From the NCBI GenBank assembly GCA_024274785.1, contig JAJSAM010000026.1, positions 47,048-111,047 of the forward strand: DNA of 64,000 nucleotides. The letters are read 5' to 3'. Each line of letters begins with the position of its first letter. The first letter of the stretch is position 1. The position numbers were made by a program, and so were the translations under genes. Below the pieces are notes generated by a model that was given only the letters and a program-made list of their open reading frames with translations, had not been told where the DNA came from and searched no databases. Shown here one piece after another: positions 1 through 10,195 of this stretch. The DNA comes from Planctomycetota bacterium. GTDB lineage: Bacteria > Planctomycetota > JAJSAM01.

Positions 1-3000
1 CTTCGCCCCGATGGTGTCGAGGTTCACGACGCGCTCGACCAGCGTTCGGTCCACGGTCGTGGCGACCAGTTGGCTGCCGCGCAGCCCCCATTCCTCGGCG
101 CCGAAGAGATAGATCCGGACGGGGCGACCGAGCAGATCGCTTCGATCCGAGAGCAGGCGCGCGGCCTCGAGGAGCGCCGCCACTCCGGAGGCGTTGTCAT
201 CGGCCCCGGCATGCCCTTCGCCGAGGCCGTCGAAGTGCGCCGAGAGCAGCGGACCGGCGCCATCGACCCGGCCGCGGCGATCGGGAATGACTCCGGCCAG
301 GTTGGCCGTCTCGATCACCCTGGTGTCGAATCGCACCCGCAGCAGCACGTCGGCGGAGCCTTCGCCACCCGGCGGCAGAATGTCGGTGTTCAGGAAAACA
401 ACCGGAGTCGATCCGATCGATGCAAAGGGTGGGATCGCCCGGGCCTGGACGCCGGCGGCGGCGCGCCAGGGAGTTTTCGAGTCGGTGAGCCGGCTGGGAT
501 AGGCGACCAGGTCCCCGAGTCTCCGGTCCTTTCCCTCGAGGACCGACATGGGGATGGCCACGGCGGCGGGCCCGGAAGCCGCCGCGGTCGCGACCAGCAT
601 CATCAGCCCGTCCGCATTGGTCTCCGGCGGGAGCACCACGAGGGTCTCGCCATCAACTGCCTTACCGTACGTCACGATCTTCAGGATGCGAACGCCGTCC
701 GGCTTTTCGGGAGACCAGATCGCCGGCACCACCGCGCCCGGGAAGGATGTCTCCCACTTTGTGGCGCCGTCGGCAAGCGTCCCCTGCGACACGGTCCAGG
801 CGTCTTCGTCGGTGTGATCGCGGACGGTGAACGAGAAAGGCTCTTCGCGGACCTCGCGGACCCCGGAGGCCTTCAGGCGGTCGAGCAGGAGTTTCCTGGT
901 CCTGACATCGCCGGTCGACCCGGAGAGGCGGCCACCCAGTTCCGGGTCGGTCAGCGTGCGGAGGGTGTTCTTCACGTTTTCGAGCGATGCCGGCAGCGCA
1001 AGCGAACGCATCGTCCCCGGATGGACTTCGGTGAAATCCCCACGCGCCAGAGGCCGGCCACCGCCGTAGACGACGTATCCGTCCCAGCCGAAGTGGAAGA
1101 TCAACCGGGCCCGGGCGAGGGCGGCCTCGGAGACGCCGAGGAACACCGTCACGAACTTCGTCTGATCTTTAGGGTGCCGCGTGGAAAGCAGGAGCCAGAG
1201 GTCGTCCCCCTCGTACTTCTTCCCCTTCACCTTGATGGAGTTGCCCTCGACCTCGACCCCCGCCGCGGCGAGCACCTCGGCCACCACCGGGTTTTCCGCG
1301 GGAGTGCCGAACAGAACGCTGTGCCCCTTCGGCAAGCCGTCCGACGCCTTTCTCATCTCGCCGCCCTTGCGCCCCTTCGCCGACATGGCCAGGCCGAGGT
1401 ACGCCTGGCCCTCATCCGGGAGAACGTACGTCTTGTCCCGGCACTCGAGCGTCAGGTTCAGGCAGGGCTGGATTTCCGAAAGGGGCACGTTCCTGAACAG
1501 GTGGAACCGTTTGTCCACAGAAACCGAGAGCGGCATCGATGGGGTGACGATGGTGAAACTCGCCCGGTCGGTTTCCAGGCGGATCGACTTCACGGTTTCG
1601 CCGGAAGTGTGCTCGACGGAGACCGGCACGGCGAGTTTCCACGGCTTCCCGGTTTGCAGGATCTCGCCCTTCACCTCGAACAGACCGTCGTCGCGGCGGG
1701 TTGCCGTGAAGTCGCCCACGAAGAGCTGAGGCGCACCGGTGCGCGTCAGCCACTGGTCGAAGAACCAGGACAGGTCCTGCCCCGCGGCTTTCGAGAAGGC
1801 CGCCTGAAAGTCCTGCCACGACGCTTTCTTCCCGCCGAAGTCGGAGACGATGCCGCGAAGCGTCTTCCAGAAGACATCCGTGCCCACCTCCCGGCGAAGC
1901 ATGTGGAAGATCATCATCACCTTGCTGTAGCCGATGTCGTTGTCGAAGTCCTCGGTCTTGCCCCGGAATTCGCGGACCGGGTAGTCGTTCTCCGGCGTGA
2001 CCCGGATACCGAAGTTCGTTGTCGCCTTCTGCCGGTGGGCCGTCGCGGCCTTCACGCTCTGCCGCTCCTTCATCAGGTAGTTCGAGCAGTAGGTGGTCAG
2101 GCCCTCGCACCAGTTTCCGGTTTCGTAATCCGGGTAGACGTAGTTGCCCCAGTAGCAGTGGACGAGCTCGTGATCGACGAAGCCCGGAGGCAGGTTTCCG
2201 CCGTAACGAGGCGCCATGCGGACCATGACCTCGACGACGTTCGCGCCGAGTAGCGTGTAGCTCGGCATCCCGTAGCCGGTCGTGAAGAAGTTCTCCACGA
2301 TGTCGAACTTCGGCCAGGGATAGGGTCCGAGGATTTCGTTGTAGAACCGGATGTACTTTCCGACCTGCTCCAGCAGGAACGGGGCGTGTTTCGCATGGTC
2401 CGCGAACAGGTAGGTGGAAATCGATACGCCTTCCACCTCGCGCGTCGCGACCTCGTACTTTCCGGCCTGCAACGCCAGACCGTCCACCGGGATGTTACTC
2501 TCCCAGACGGTGATTTCGCGGCCGTCTTCGACCCTCCGGGAAACCAGGCCTCCCTGGGTCACTGCCCGGAAATCCTCCGGGACGTTGACGGTGATCTTCG
2601 AGAAGGTCTGCACCCGGTCCGTGATCGTCGGGTACCAGCCCGAGGAGGCGACGAGGAAGATCCCCTCGGTTCCGATCACCCCGCGCGTGTTGTCGCCGAC
2701 GATGAATCCGAGCGCGCCGGACTTCTTTACGGCGTCATAGATGGTCCCCTCGTAGCGGACCCGGATGCGGGGCGTCGCTTCTCCCTTCGGCAACTCCGTG
2801 GTCGCTCTGCGCCAGGGCCCGTCCACCTCACGCTGCTCGAGGGGCAGGGGCACGGACCTTGCCCCGAGAAGCTCGATCGAGGTGATCCGGATGTCCCCGG
2901 AGGTGTCGAGGGAGAGCTTCCGGGAATCGGTCACTTCGAGGGTGAGCACCGCTTCACCGAAGATCCGGTGCTTTGCCGGCTCGAAGCGGACCTCGAGTTC

Positions 3001-3087
3001 CTGGGCGACGATTTCCGGGCTCCCGGCCACGGCCGTGGATGCGAGGAGCGGAAGCAATGCGAGCGACAACGCGAACGATCTGGTCAT
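1..3087 (-). CDS. Secreted M1 aminopeptidase / M28 peptidase fusion (3' end runs off the window)
   Basis: Absent from the ORF track because no stop lies in the window. Manual translation: GGAGG SD, ATG at 3087, signal peptide MTRSFALSLALLPLLASTAVAG; M1 motifs GYGMPS, HELVH..W.GN and NWCEG; C-terminal M28 motifs LSAHFD, GADDNASG, GAEEWGL, VNLD. Confidence 0.9.
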   Translation of the reverse strand, partial: MTRSFALSLALLPLLASTAVAGSPEIVAQELEVRFEPAKHRIFGEAVLTLEVTDSRKLSLDTSGDIRITSIELLGARSVPLPLEQREVDGPWRRATTELPKGEATPRIRVRYEGTIYDAVKKSGALGFIVGDNTRGVIGTEGIFLVASSGWYPTITDRVQTFSKITVNVPEDFRAVTQGGLVSRRVEDGREITVWESNIPVDGLALQAGKYEVATREVEGVSISTYLFADHAKHAPFLLEQVGKYIRFYNEILGPYPWPKFDIVENFFTTGYGMPSYTLLGANVVEVMVRMAPRYGGNLPPGFVDHELVHCYWGNYVYPDYETGNWCEGLTTYCSNYLMKERQSVKAATAHRQKATTNFGIRVTPENDYPVREFRGKTEDFDNDIGYSKVMMIFHMLRREVGTDVFWKTLRGIVSDFGGKKASWQDFQAAFSKAAGQDLSWFFDQWLTRTGAPQLFVGDFTATRRDDGLFEVKGEILQTGKPWKLAVPVSVEHTSGETVKSIRLETDRASFTIVTPSMPLSVSVDKRFHLFRNVPLSEIQPCLNLTLECRDKTYVLPDEGQAYLGLAMSAKGRKGGEMRKASDGLPKGHSVLFGTPAENPVVAEVLAAAGVEVEGNSIKVKGKKYEGDDLWLLLSTRHPKDQTKFVTVFLGVSEAALARARLIFHFGWDGYVVYGGGRPLARGDFTEVHPGTMRSLALPASLENVKNTLRTLTDPELGGRLSGSTGDVRTRKLLLDRLKASGVREVREEPFSFTVRDHTDEDAWTVSQGTLADGATKWETSFPGAVVPAIWSPEKPDGVRILKIVTYGKAVDGETLVVLPPETNADGLMMLVATAAASGPAAVAIPMSVLEGKDRRLGDLVAYPSRLTDSKTPWRAAAGVQARAIPPFASIGSTPVVFLNTDILPPGGEGSADVLLRVRFDTRVIETANLAGVIPDRRGRVDGAGPLLSAHFDGLGEGHAGADDNASGVAALLEAARLLSDRSDLLGRPVRIYLFGAEEWGLRGSQLVATTVDRTLVERVVNLDTIGAK

Positions 3088-3329
3088 GAAGAGCCTCCGA
3101 ATGGACCCGGGAATTGTACAAGGGACGGGTCAGATTGCGATTTCGGGATGGTCTGGGATTATCGGGGGATTTTCTGAACCGATTCTCAACTTCGCGGCAC
3201 GTAACCCGATGAGAACGATGAGCACCAACCAACCTGTCGCCGGCCCATCGTCGTCGAGGAAGGACTGACGAATCGCTCGACCCCGGCCGGCAGCTTTCGA
3301 CCGTCGGCCCGGGAATGCTATCATCCGTC

Positions 3330-4010
3330 ATGGTCTCGAAAACCACGCTTCTCCGGTCCCTGTCCCTGCTCCTGCCTCTCCTTCTCCCGATCCCCGCCTG
3401 CTCCGATGGCGGCGGCAATGCCAACAACTTCGTCTTCTACAAGGCGCCGATCCGGATGGTGGACGGCCGTGGCTGTTCCCGGACCCTGATGGTGACCGGC
3501 GCCGGGGCCAACCTCTGCGTCGAACAGAACTCGCGGGGCGCACTCCGGGTTCTGCTGGCGGAGGTCGGCGTCGAGGAGATCCGGGCGCTCATGACCGACG
3601 TCTGGAACTCACGAAGGGTCCGGAAGAAGGCCGCCGGCGGCGATCCCGGCTCTGGTGTCTACCAGGTCTCGGCCCGCATCGACCGCGAGGAGTTCTCGTT
3701 CCGGAGGTACGTCGATGAACCGGTCTCGAAAGAGGTCGTCGCCGTGCGAAATCGCCTGGACGGGATCCTCGGAAAGCTGGCCGAGGTGGAGGATCCGGTG
3801 GCGGCGGTCGCGCCGTATCTGTCGAGCAGGATCGCGCGCATCCGCGGGTTCGCGGTGAATGTGCTGCTCTCCGCCTGGCGCAGTCCGATGGTGAGCGAGG
3901 ACGATCGAAATCGGGCCGAAGCTCTTCTTCTCACCCACCAGTCCGTGGAGAGCAACCACGAGATCAAGAAGACGCTGCACCAGGCGCTGAAGAAACCGAC
4001 GCCGCGATAA
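3330..4010 (+). CDS. Hypothetical lipoprotein
   Basis: Hydrophobic N-terminus ending in lipobox-like IPAC; coding-like composition; start uncertain (3315 or 3330). Confidence 0.65.
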   Translation: MVSKTTLLRSLSLLLPLLLPIPACSDGGGNANNFVFYKAPIRMVDGRGCSRTLMVTGAGANLCVEQNSRGALRVLLAEVGVEEIRALMTDVWNSRRVRKKAAGGDPGSGVYQVSARIDREEFSFRRYVDEPVSKEVVAVRNRLDGILGKLAEVEDPVAAVAPYLSSRIARIRGFAVNVLLSAWRSPMVSEDDRNRAEALLLTHQSVESNHEIKKTLHQALKKPTPR

Positions 4011-4155
4011 GTCCGATCCCTCGTCTCTGTCTGATATGTAGTGTTCTTTCCGGCCGCCGTTCGGCCGTTCGATCGGCGTCTCGTGAAATCCGTCGGCCGG
4101 CGGCGTAGGATGTGGCCTTAGTTTTCCGGATGGACTGGATCACCCCGAGGTTGAG

Positions 4156-5961
4156 ATGAGCAAGCGTGACACCAGATATGTCTGCCTGAGGATCGCTGGT
4201 GAGGGGGGCGAGGGCGTGATCAGCGCCGGTGAACTGCTCACGCAGGTCGCCGCCCGTCTCGGCATGCACGTGGCGACCTTCAAGACCTTCCCCTCGGAGA
4301 TCCGGGGGGGCATGGCGGTTTACCAGCTTCGCACCGGCCCGGACCGCGTGCTCTCCCAGGGGGACTACCTCGACATCCTGGTCGCCTTCAATCGCGAGGG
4401 CTACGATCGCAACATTGCGGATATGACCTCGGAGGGCGTGCTGGTGCACGACTTCGAACCGGGGGACAACCTTCCGGTGAAGCGGCGTGGCGGCGTGGAC
4501 TACCACGTGCCCATGGGGAAGCTCGCGAGAGAAGCCGGCTCCCACCGCGCGAAGAACATGGTGGCTCTCGGCGCGATCTGTGAGCTCTTCGGTTTTCCGG
4601 TGGAGGGGCTGACCGAAGGAGTTCGCCTGAAGTTCGGGAAGAAGAGCGAGAAGGTCGTCGAGGTCAACCTGAAGGCCATCGATCTCGGTGCGGAATATGT
4701 TCGTGAGAACCACGAGATCCGCCACGAACTGCACTTCAGTGAAGGTGACGGGCATGCGCGGGTCGTGCTCTCCGGGAACGATGCGGTTGCCTTTGGAGCG
4801 GTGGCCGCCGGCTGCCGGTTCTATGCCGGATACCCGATTACCCCGGCCACCGAGATCATGGAATACCTCGCCCGCGAGCTGCCCCGGGTAAGCGGGAGGA
4901 TGGTGCAGGCGGAAGATGAGATCGCCTCGATCGCCATGTGCATCGGAGCTTCCTTTACCGGGCAGAAGTCGATGACCGCCACCTCCGGTCCCGGTCTCGC
5001 CCTGATGAGCGAGGCCCTCGGCCTGGCGTCCATGGCGGAGGTGGGCCTGGTCCTGGTTGACGTGCAGCGCGCCGGTCCCTCCACCGGGATGCCGACCAAG
5101 GCGGAGCAGGGCGATCTGAACCTCGCCATCTACGGCGCCCATTCCACGGCGCACCGGGTGGTCATCGCGCCGGTGGACGTCGAGGACTGCTTCTATCAGA
5201 CGGTGAACGCATTCAACATCGCGGCCAAGTACCAGATTCCGGTGATCGTGTTGTCGGAACAGTCGCTCGGCTTCTCCAAGGCATCGATGCCGCGGCCGGA
5301 CTTTGAAAACCTCGATGTCTTCGAAGAGCAGTACGCCCGCATGCCGACCGATGGGGATCCCTGGCCGAAAGTGGACGAGCTCACGGTGGGTGAAGGCTAT
5401 CCCATGACCCCGGTCTTTCCCCGCTACCTCCGAAACGACACGGGCATTTCCCCGCGTTCGATTCCAGGCATGCCGGGGATGGAGTTTCGGGCGACCGGTC
5501 TGGAACACGACGAGTTCGCCCGGCCCCGCTACGACCCCCCGAACCGAAAGGCCATGCTGAACAAGCGCCAGGCCAAGTTCGAGGAAGTCCGGCGGGAGTA
5601 CGGCGAGCAGGTGGAGGTCATCGGTGATGACGAGGCCGAGGTGGCCATCACCGGGTGGGGTACCACCGCGGCGGTGATCCGGCACGCGGTGACCCGCGCC
5701 CTGAACGATGGCGCTTCGGTCAAGGCCATCTTCCCGAAGATCCTGAGTCCGATGCCGGACATGGCGATGCGCCATCACCTGCACGGTGTCAAGCGCGTGA
5801 TCTGCTGCGAACTGAACGACACCGGTCAGTACGCCAACATCATCCGCCACCGCTACGGCGCCAACGTCCATGCCGTCCTGAAGGACCGCGGCGTTCCGTT
5901 CGCGCCCGGAGAGATCACCCCCTATATCGAGATGGCCATCAAGGCCCAGGTGAGAATATGA
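4156..5961 (+). CDS. korA: 2-oxoacid:ferredoxin oxidoreductase alpha subunit (fused gamma-alpha, KorA-type)
   Basis: GEGGEGV..AG, FPSEIRGG, YAGYPITPATE, ATSGPG and QRAGPSTGMPT motifs. Confidence 0.93.
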   Translation: MSKRDTRYVCLRIAGEGGEGVISAGELLTQVAARLGMHVATFKTFPSEIRGGMAVYQLRTGPDRVLSQGDYLDILVAFNREGYDRNIADMTSEGVLVHDFEPGDNLPVKRRGGVDYHVPMGKLAREAGSHRAKNMVALGAICELFGFPVEGLTEGVRLKFGKKSEKVVEVNLKAIDLGAEYVRENHEIRHELHFSEGDGHARVVLSGNDAVAFGAVAAGCRFYAGYPITPATEIMEYLARELPRVSGRMVQAEDEIASIAMCIGASFTGQKSMTATSGPGLALMSEALGLASMAEVGLVLVDVQRAGPSTGMPTKAEQGDLNLAIYGAHSTAHRVVIAPVDVEDCFYQTVNAFNIAAKYQIPVIVLSEQSLGFSKASMPRPDFENLDVFEEQYARMPTDGDPWPKVDELTVGEGYPMTPVFPRYLRNDTGISPRSIPGMPGMEFRATGLEHDEFARPRYDPPNRKAMLNKRQAKFEEVRREYGEQVEVIGDDEAEVAITGWGTTAAVIRHAVTRALNDGASVKAIFPKILSPMPDMAMRHHLHGVKRVICCELNDTGQYANIIRHRYGANVHAVLKDRGVPFAPGEITPYIEMAIKAQVRI

Positions 5962-6893
5962 GCACGTCGGCGGAAGCATCGGCGCCCCGGAACAATGAGC
6001 CCCGGAACAATGAACCCCGGGAGGATGAACCCCGGGAGGCCGGGCCGCCGAAGGAGAGGAAGGGGCACCGCAGCGACCTGAAGCCGGTCTGGTGTCCGGG
6101 ATGTGGTGACTACGGAGTGATCGCCGGTCTGGGCCAGGCGATTGATGTCCTCGGCTACGAGAGCCACCGCATCGTCTTCGTCTCCGGAATCTGCTGTTCC
6201 AGCCGGTTGCCTTACTTCTTCAATACCTACGGCTTCCACACCATCCACGGCCGCGCCGCATCGGTGGCGCTGGGTGTAAAGATGGGGAATCCGGACATGC
6301 GGGTGATTCTGGTGGGGGGAGATGGCGACTTTTTCTCCATCGGCACGAACCACTTCATCCACACCGCGAGGCGAAATCTCGATGTCCTTGCCATCTGCAT
6401 GGACAACAGCATTTACGGATTGACCAAGGGCCAGCTCAGTCCGACTTCCGGCACTGATTTCGTTACCGGCTCGAGCCCCTACGGCTCCGTGGAGCCCCCG
6501 CTCAATTCGCTGGCGCTCGCCATCACCGCTGGAGCGACTTTTGTCGCCCAGTCCTACTCCGCGAACATCAAGCACCTGAAGCAGACCCTGATCGAGGCGG
6601 AACGCCACCCGGGATTCAGCTTCGTGAACGTGATTTCGCCGTGTCTCACGTTCAACAAGGCGAAGTCGTTCGCCTACTACAAGAAGCGGGTCTCCGTAAC
6701 GGAGGAGGAGGCCCGGACGGATCGAGCCGAAGCCCTGTCCATCGTCATGAGTCGTGACGAGCAGTCGGTTCTGGGAACGTTTCTTCAGATTCACCAGCCG
6801 ACCTTCGACGCCGCACAGGCTTCGATGGCGAAAGCCGCCGCCGAGGATCGCGGCGTTCCGTCGATGGAAGAGCTGATCGAGTCGTTCGCGTGA
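5958..6893 (+). CDS. korB: 2-oxoacid:ferredoxin oxidoreductase beta subunit
   Basis: WCPGCGD, GGDGD TPP motif, NSIYGLTKGQ.SPT; ATGA overlap with the alpha gene stop. Confidence 0.93.
   Translation: MSTSAEASAPRNNEPRNNEPREDEPREAGPPKERKGHRSDLKPVWCPGCGDYGVIAGLGQAIDVLGYESHRIVFVSGICCSSRLPYFFNTYGFHTIHGRAASVALGVKMGNPDMRVILVGGDGDFFSIGTNHFIHTARRNLDVLAICMDNSIYGLTKGQLSPTSGTDFVTGSSPYGSVEPPLNSLALAITAGATFVAQSYSANIKHLKQTLIEAERHPGFSFVNVISPCLTFNKAKSFAYYKKRVSVTEEEARTDRAEALSIVMSRDEQSVLGTFLQIHQPTFDAAQASMAKAAAEDRGVPSMEELIESFA
5985..6039 (+). repeat. 15-bp tandem repeat (about 3.7 units) in korB 5' end
   Basis: ccccggaacaatgag / ccccggaacaatgaa / ccccgggaggatgaa / ccccgggagg, encoding PRNNE PRNNE PREDE PRE. Confidence 0.85.
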
Positions 6894-7090
6894 TAGTCCA
6901 GGGGCCGGCACTCCGGACACCTGGATAGCCTTCGATCGCCGAGCCCGGACGCCCTCCCTGACCCTTCCGGCGAGTCGCGCTCCGACGATCGGCGCGCCCT
7001 TCGCGCCGGGCGCACCGTCCCTGTCCCGGAGTTGCATCTCGTACCGTCAGGCCCGCTTGAGGCGCGGCTTCGCCCTCGGCCCGGCTGCGC

Positions 7091-7972
7091 TCAACCGCGC
7101 CGCGCACCCTGGTGGGAAAAGCGGGCCAGGGCGGAGAGTCTGGATTTCCAGGCGTGCGGCTTTGCATCGAGCGCGGCAAGCCGGTTCACGTAGCGCGGAG
7201 CCTCACGCACCTGTTCGAGATAGTCTCCGATCACCGTGCCCTCGATGGCCGACCAGCGCAGCATGAACCGGTCCGCCAGGTCGTTCCGCGAGATGGGCTC
7301 GTTCAGGAATTGCTGGATGCCCCGTGGCCTCGGATCGGCGACCAGGCTGCCCACGAGGTCCAGGCGCAGCCCGACCACTTTCGCGTCTTTCACGCGGGCA
7401 CAGGTGCTCTCCGCCGCGAATTCCACGGCGCCGAGGAAGCGTTTGTAGAACGCCACGTGGCGGGGGTGCACGCCGAGCACCAGGTCCGTCTGGCCGGCGT
7501 AGATGCCGTAGAAGTAGATCCAGCGCATCAGGGAGAACTTCGTCTCCATGCACCGGCTCTTTCCGGTGCGGCCGTCCGCCAGCAGGCCGACCTCCATCAG
7601 GTTCCGGCCGGCTGCGCGGAGTTCGTTCATTTCCGTTGCGAATACATCGTCGAGCGGAAGTCCCTCACCGATGTCGGGATAGCCGCTGATGGTGGCGATG
7701 CCGATGTCCCCGGCGTCGTCCTCGAGCGCTTCGGCCGGGGGCTCCGTCATGACGACGAGCGTGGCCGGGCTCACCGCCTGGGGGACGAGGTGGATGCGGT
7801 GGGGGTTTTCGTCCACGAGGCCGTTTTTCAGGTAGCACTGGTGGACGGTTCGCCAGGCCAGAATGACCTCTTCCAGGCTCTTCGCCGGCCGGTAGGTGGT
7901 ACTGGATGAGTGTGTTCTGCTCTCGGATCTCCTGAGGAGTGGCCGGAGCCGGTTACCCTGCTTGACTGCCAT
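7091..7972 (-). CDS. FeeM-like N-acyl amino acid synthase (GNAT fold)
   Basis: AWRTVHQCYL..GL, GLPLDDVF..E...LR..GR.L.EVG.LA and DLVLGVHPRHVAFY.R.LG match my recollection of FeeM-type acyltransferases; GGAGG SD before MAVKQ. Confidence 0.75.
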   Translation of the reverse strand: MAVKQGNRLRPLLRRSESRTHSSSTTYRPAKSLEEVILAWRTVHQCYLKNGLVDENPHRIHLVPQAVSPATLVVMTEPPAEALEDDAGDIGIATISGYPDIGEGLPLDDVFATEMNELRAAGRNLMEVGLLADGRTGKSRCMETKFSLMRWIYFYGIYAGQTDLVLGVHPRHVAFYKRFLGAVEFAAESTCARVKDAKVVGLRLDLVGSLVADPRPRGIQQFLNEPISRNDLADRFMLRWSAIEGTVIGDYLEQVREAPRYVNRLAALDAKPHAWKSRLSALARFSHQGARRG

Positions 7973-8254
7973 GGTTGCCCTCCCATTGGCTGTGGTACGG
8001 AACTCTGTCAGTAAAGGTGCGACACCCGATCTGCCCTTCGAGTCGTTCCGGAGTCTGCCCACCACCTCAAAAGGAGCACGGAGAGAGGATTGGGGGATGA
8101 GGTCGCCCTGGAGTGGACAATCGAGGAGGGAACCCACATCGAATTCCGCGGGTGCGGGTGAGACTCGCTGCCGCGGATCGACATCGCAGGGGGGAAGGGC
8201 GCGTCACAACCTGGTGAACGGCCTTCCGTGTCGATCGCGGTCTTGCCTCCTCAG

Positions 8255-8291
8255 GGAACATCGAAGAGCAGGAACATCGAAGCGCAGGAAC
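8255..8291 (+). repeat. 16-bp direct repeat (about 2.3 units) in the divergent intergenic region
   Basis: ggaacatcgaagagca ggaacatcgaagcgca ggaac. Confidence 0.7.
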
Positions 8292-8835
8292 TCAAGTGGC
8301 ACATCGCGCCATCCGTGTGCCCCTCGAGGTTCGCCATCGGATGACTATACCCGATCCACCGAGGTGGGGGCCACCAGGCGCCGAAAACCCGCGGCTCCGG
8401 CGATCTTGCGGCGGGTCGGAGATCGGAACAAACCCTGACGGGCACACATTTTCGAGCGGACGCTCGATCGTGATATTCCTGCAAGTCGGGTAGGATTCCC
8501 CCTGGGTACTCCCGTGCTCGGGGTGCCTCTCGCGGTACCAGGCCAGGTTCGGAGGCGCCGTCCGCGGGGGGGCCGGATTCCCCCCGAAGAAGGTCTCAAG
8601 CAGACCGGCCGATATTCCGATAAGCCCATGCTCAGGAACTTGTTCTGTGCGCGTCGGCCTCTCACTTGATCGTCCGATTTCATCTGTGGAGGGGGTCGAA
8701 GATCGCGAGCCGGGCGGCTGGCCGGACCAGTCGGGCCAGGCGATCGACACGACCTTAAGCTTCGTGAAGCTCGATCACCCGGATACACTGCGGACTGCGA
8801 AGCGCTCTCGCCTCACCGAGGCGGGATCCTCGTCC

Positions 8836-9732
8836 ATGGTGGGGGCGACACCGCTGGAATTCGATCGAGACGAGGCATTCTCCCGGAACATCGGCTGGAT
8901 CACCCGGGAGGAGCACCGGACACTTGCCGAAAAAACCGTAGCCATTGCCGGCATGGGTGGTGTGGGCGGAGTGCACCTCACGAACCTGGTCCGCATGGGC
9001 ATCGGTTCCTTCCGCATCGCCGACTTCGATCGCTTTGAACTGGCCAACATGAATCGCCAGGCCGGCGCCTCGATGAGCAACCTCGGTCGAGAGAAGGTCG
9101 AGGTGATGAAAGAGATCGCCCTCGACCTCAACCCCGAACTGGATGTCCGGACTTTCAGCGAAGGCGTGACGCGATCCAATGTCGAGGAGTTTCTCGAAGA
9201 CGTGGATGTTTACGTCGACGGGATCGACTTCTTCGCGCTCGATGCGCGGCGACTTCTGTTCGCCGTCTGTGCGGAGAGGGGCATTCCGGCCGTGACCGCC
9301 GCTCCCCTTGGCATGGGGGCCAGCCTGATGACGTTCCTCCCGGGCAAGATGACGTTTGAACAGTACTTTCGCCTGAAGGGCAAGCCCCGGGTCGAGCAGC
9401 TCATTCGATTCCTGGTGGGCCTCACCCCCGCGCACCTGCATTCCTCCTACCTCGTGGATCCCGATGCGGTCAGTTTCGAAGAGGAGAGGGGGCCGTCGAC
9501 ACCCATGGCGGTGTCCATGTGCGCCGGCATGGCGGTGACGGAAGCCCTGAAGATCATGCTCGGACGCGGCAAGGTCCACGCCGCGCCCCACGGCCTGCAC
9601 TTCGACGCCTACCGGAACAAGTTCGTGCACACCTGGCGACCCGGTGGCAATGCCAACCCGTGGCATCGCCTCATGCTGGCGTTGGCGCTCCGGAAATTCT
9701 CGAGAGACGGCGTCGTCACTCCGGACTCCTGA
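8836..9732 (+). CDS. ThiF/MoeB (E1-like) adenylyltransferase
   Basis: FSRNIGWI, VAIAGMGGVGG, IADFDRFELANMNRQ, DGIDFF; no CxxC zinc pair. Confidence 0.88.
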   Translation: MVGATPLEFDRDEAFSRNIGWITREEHRTLAEKTVAIAGMGGVGGVHLTNLVRMGIGSFRIADFDRFELANMNRQAGASMSNLGREKVEVMKEIALDLNPELDVRTFSEGVTRSNVEEFLEDVDVYVDGIDFFALDARRLLFAVCAERGIPAVTAAPLGMGASLMTFLPGKMTFEQYFRLKGKPRVEQLIRFLVGLTPAHLHSSYLVDPDAVSFEEERGPSTPMAVSMCAGMAVTEALKIMLGRGKVHAAPHGLHFDAYRNKFVHTWRPGGNANPWHRLMLALALRKFSRDGVVTPDS

Positions 9733-9832
9733 TCTCCCGAAGATGGCCCGGTGGCCGGGCACGGACCAAAACGAGGATTCCCGGCGTTTTCCGGTAGATT
9801 CCCGCGTCCCCCGGAATCCCTGGAGTTTTCAC

Positions 9833-10195
9833 GTGCTACCGGAAAATCTGAGTCCGCAGGATGCCGTCGACCTCACCGATGATCTCGAGGGCCTGAAGCT
9901 CCTCGATGTCAGGAACCCGAACGAGTGGGAGGTTGCACGCTTGCCCGGGGCCGTCCTGGCCACGCCCGAGCTCATGCGGGAGATCCGGGACGAGTGGGAT
10001 CCGGACACGCCGATCCTCCTCTACTGCCACCACGGGATTCGCAGCATGATCTTTGGGCTGAGACTGCTCATGGCGGGGTTCACCCGGGTCTACAACCTGA
10101 AGGGCGGCATCGAGAAGTGGTCGCTGCTCGTCGATCCATCCGTGCCCCGATACCGGATGGACTCGGGGCTCGCGGTCCTCGTCCGTAACGACTGA
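9833..10195 (+). CDS. Single-domain rhodanese
   Basis: LLDVRNPNEW, active-site loop YCHHGIRS, VYNLKGGIEKW; GTG start after GGAG. Confidence 0.85.
   Translation: MLPENLSPQDAVDLTDDLEGLKLLDVRNPNEWEVARLPGAVLATPELMREIRDEWDPDTPILLYCHHGIRSMIFGLRLLMAGFTRVYNLKGGIEKWSLLVDPSVPRYRMDSGLAVLVRND

Noticed and set aside
70-2253. 727-aa plus-strand ORF, and similar long ORFs such as 3964-5979(-), 11149-12798(-), 22879-24420(+), 47030-50248(-) and 54506-56239(+)
   Set aside because: Antisense shadows of real genes in a high-GC genome; Arg/Gly/His-rich with no recognisable motifs.
5985-6039. Short tandem repeats as a CRISPR array or contingency locus
   Set aside because: In-frame 15-bp units without spacers in a disordered N-terminus; no cas genes in the window.
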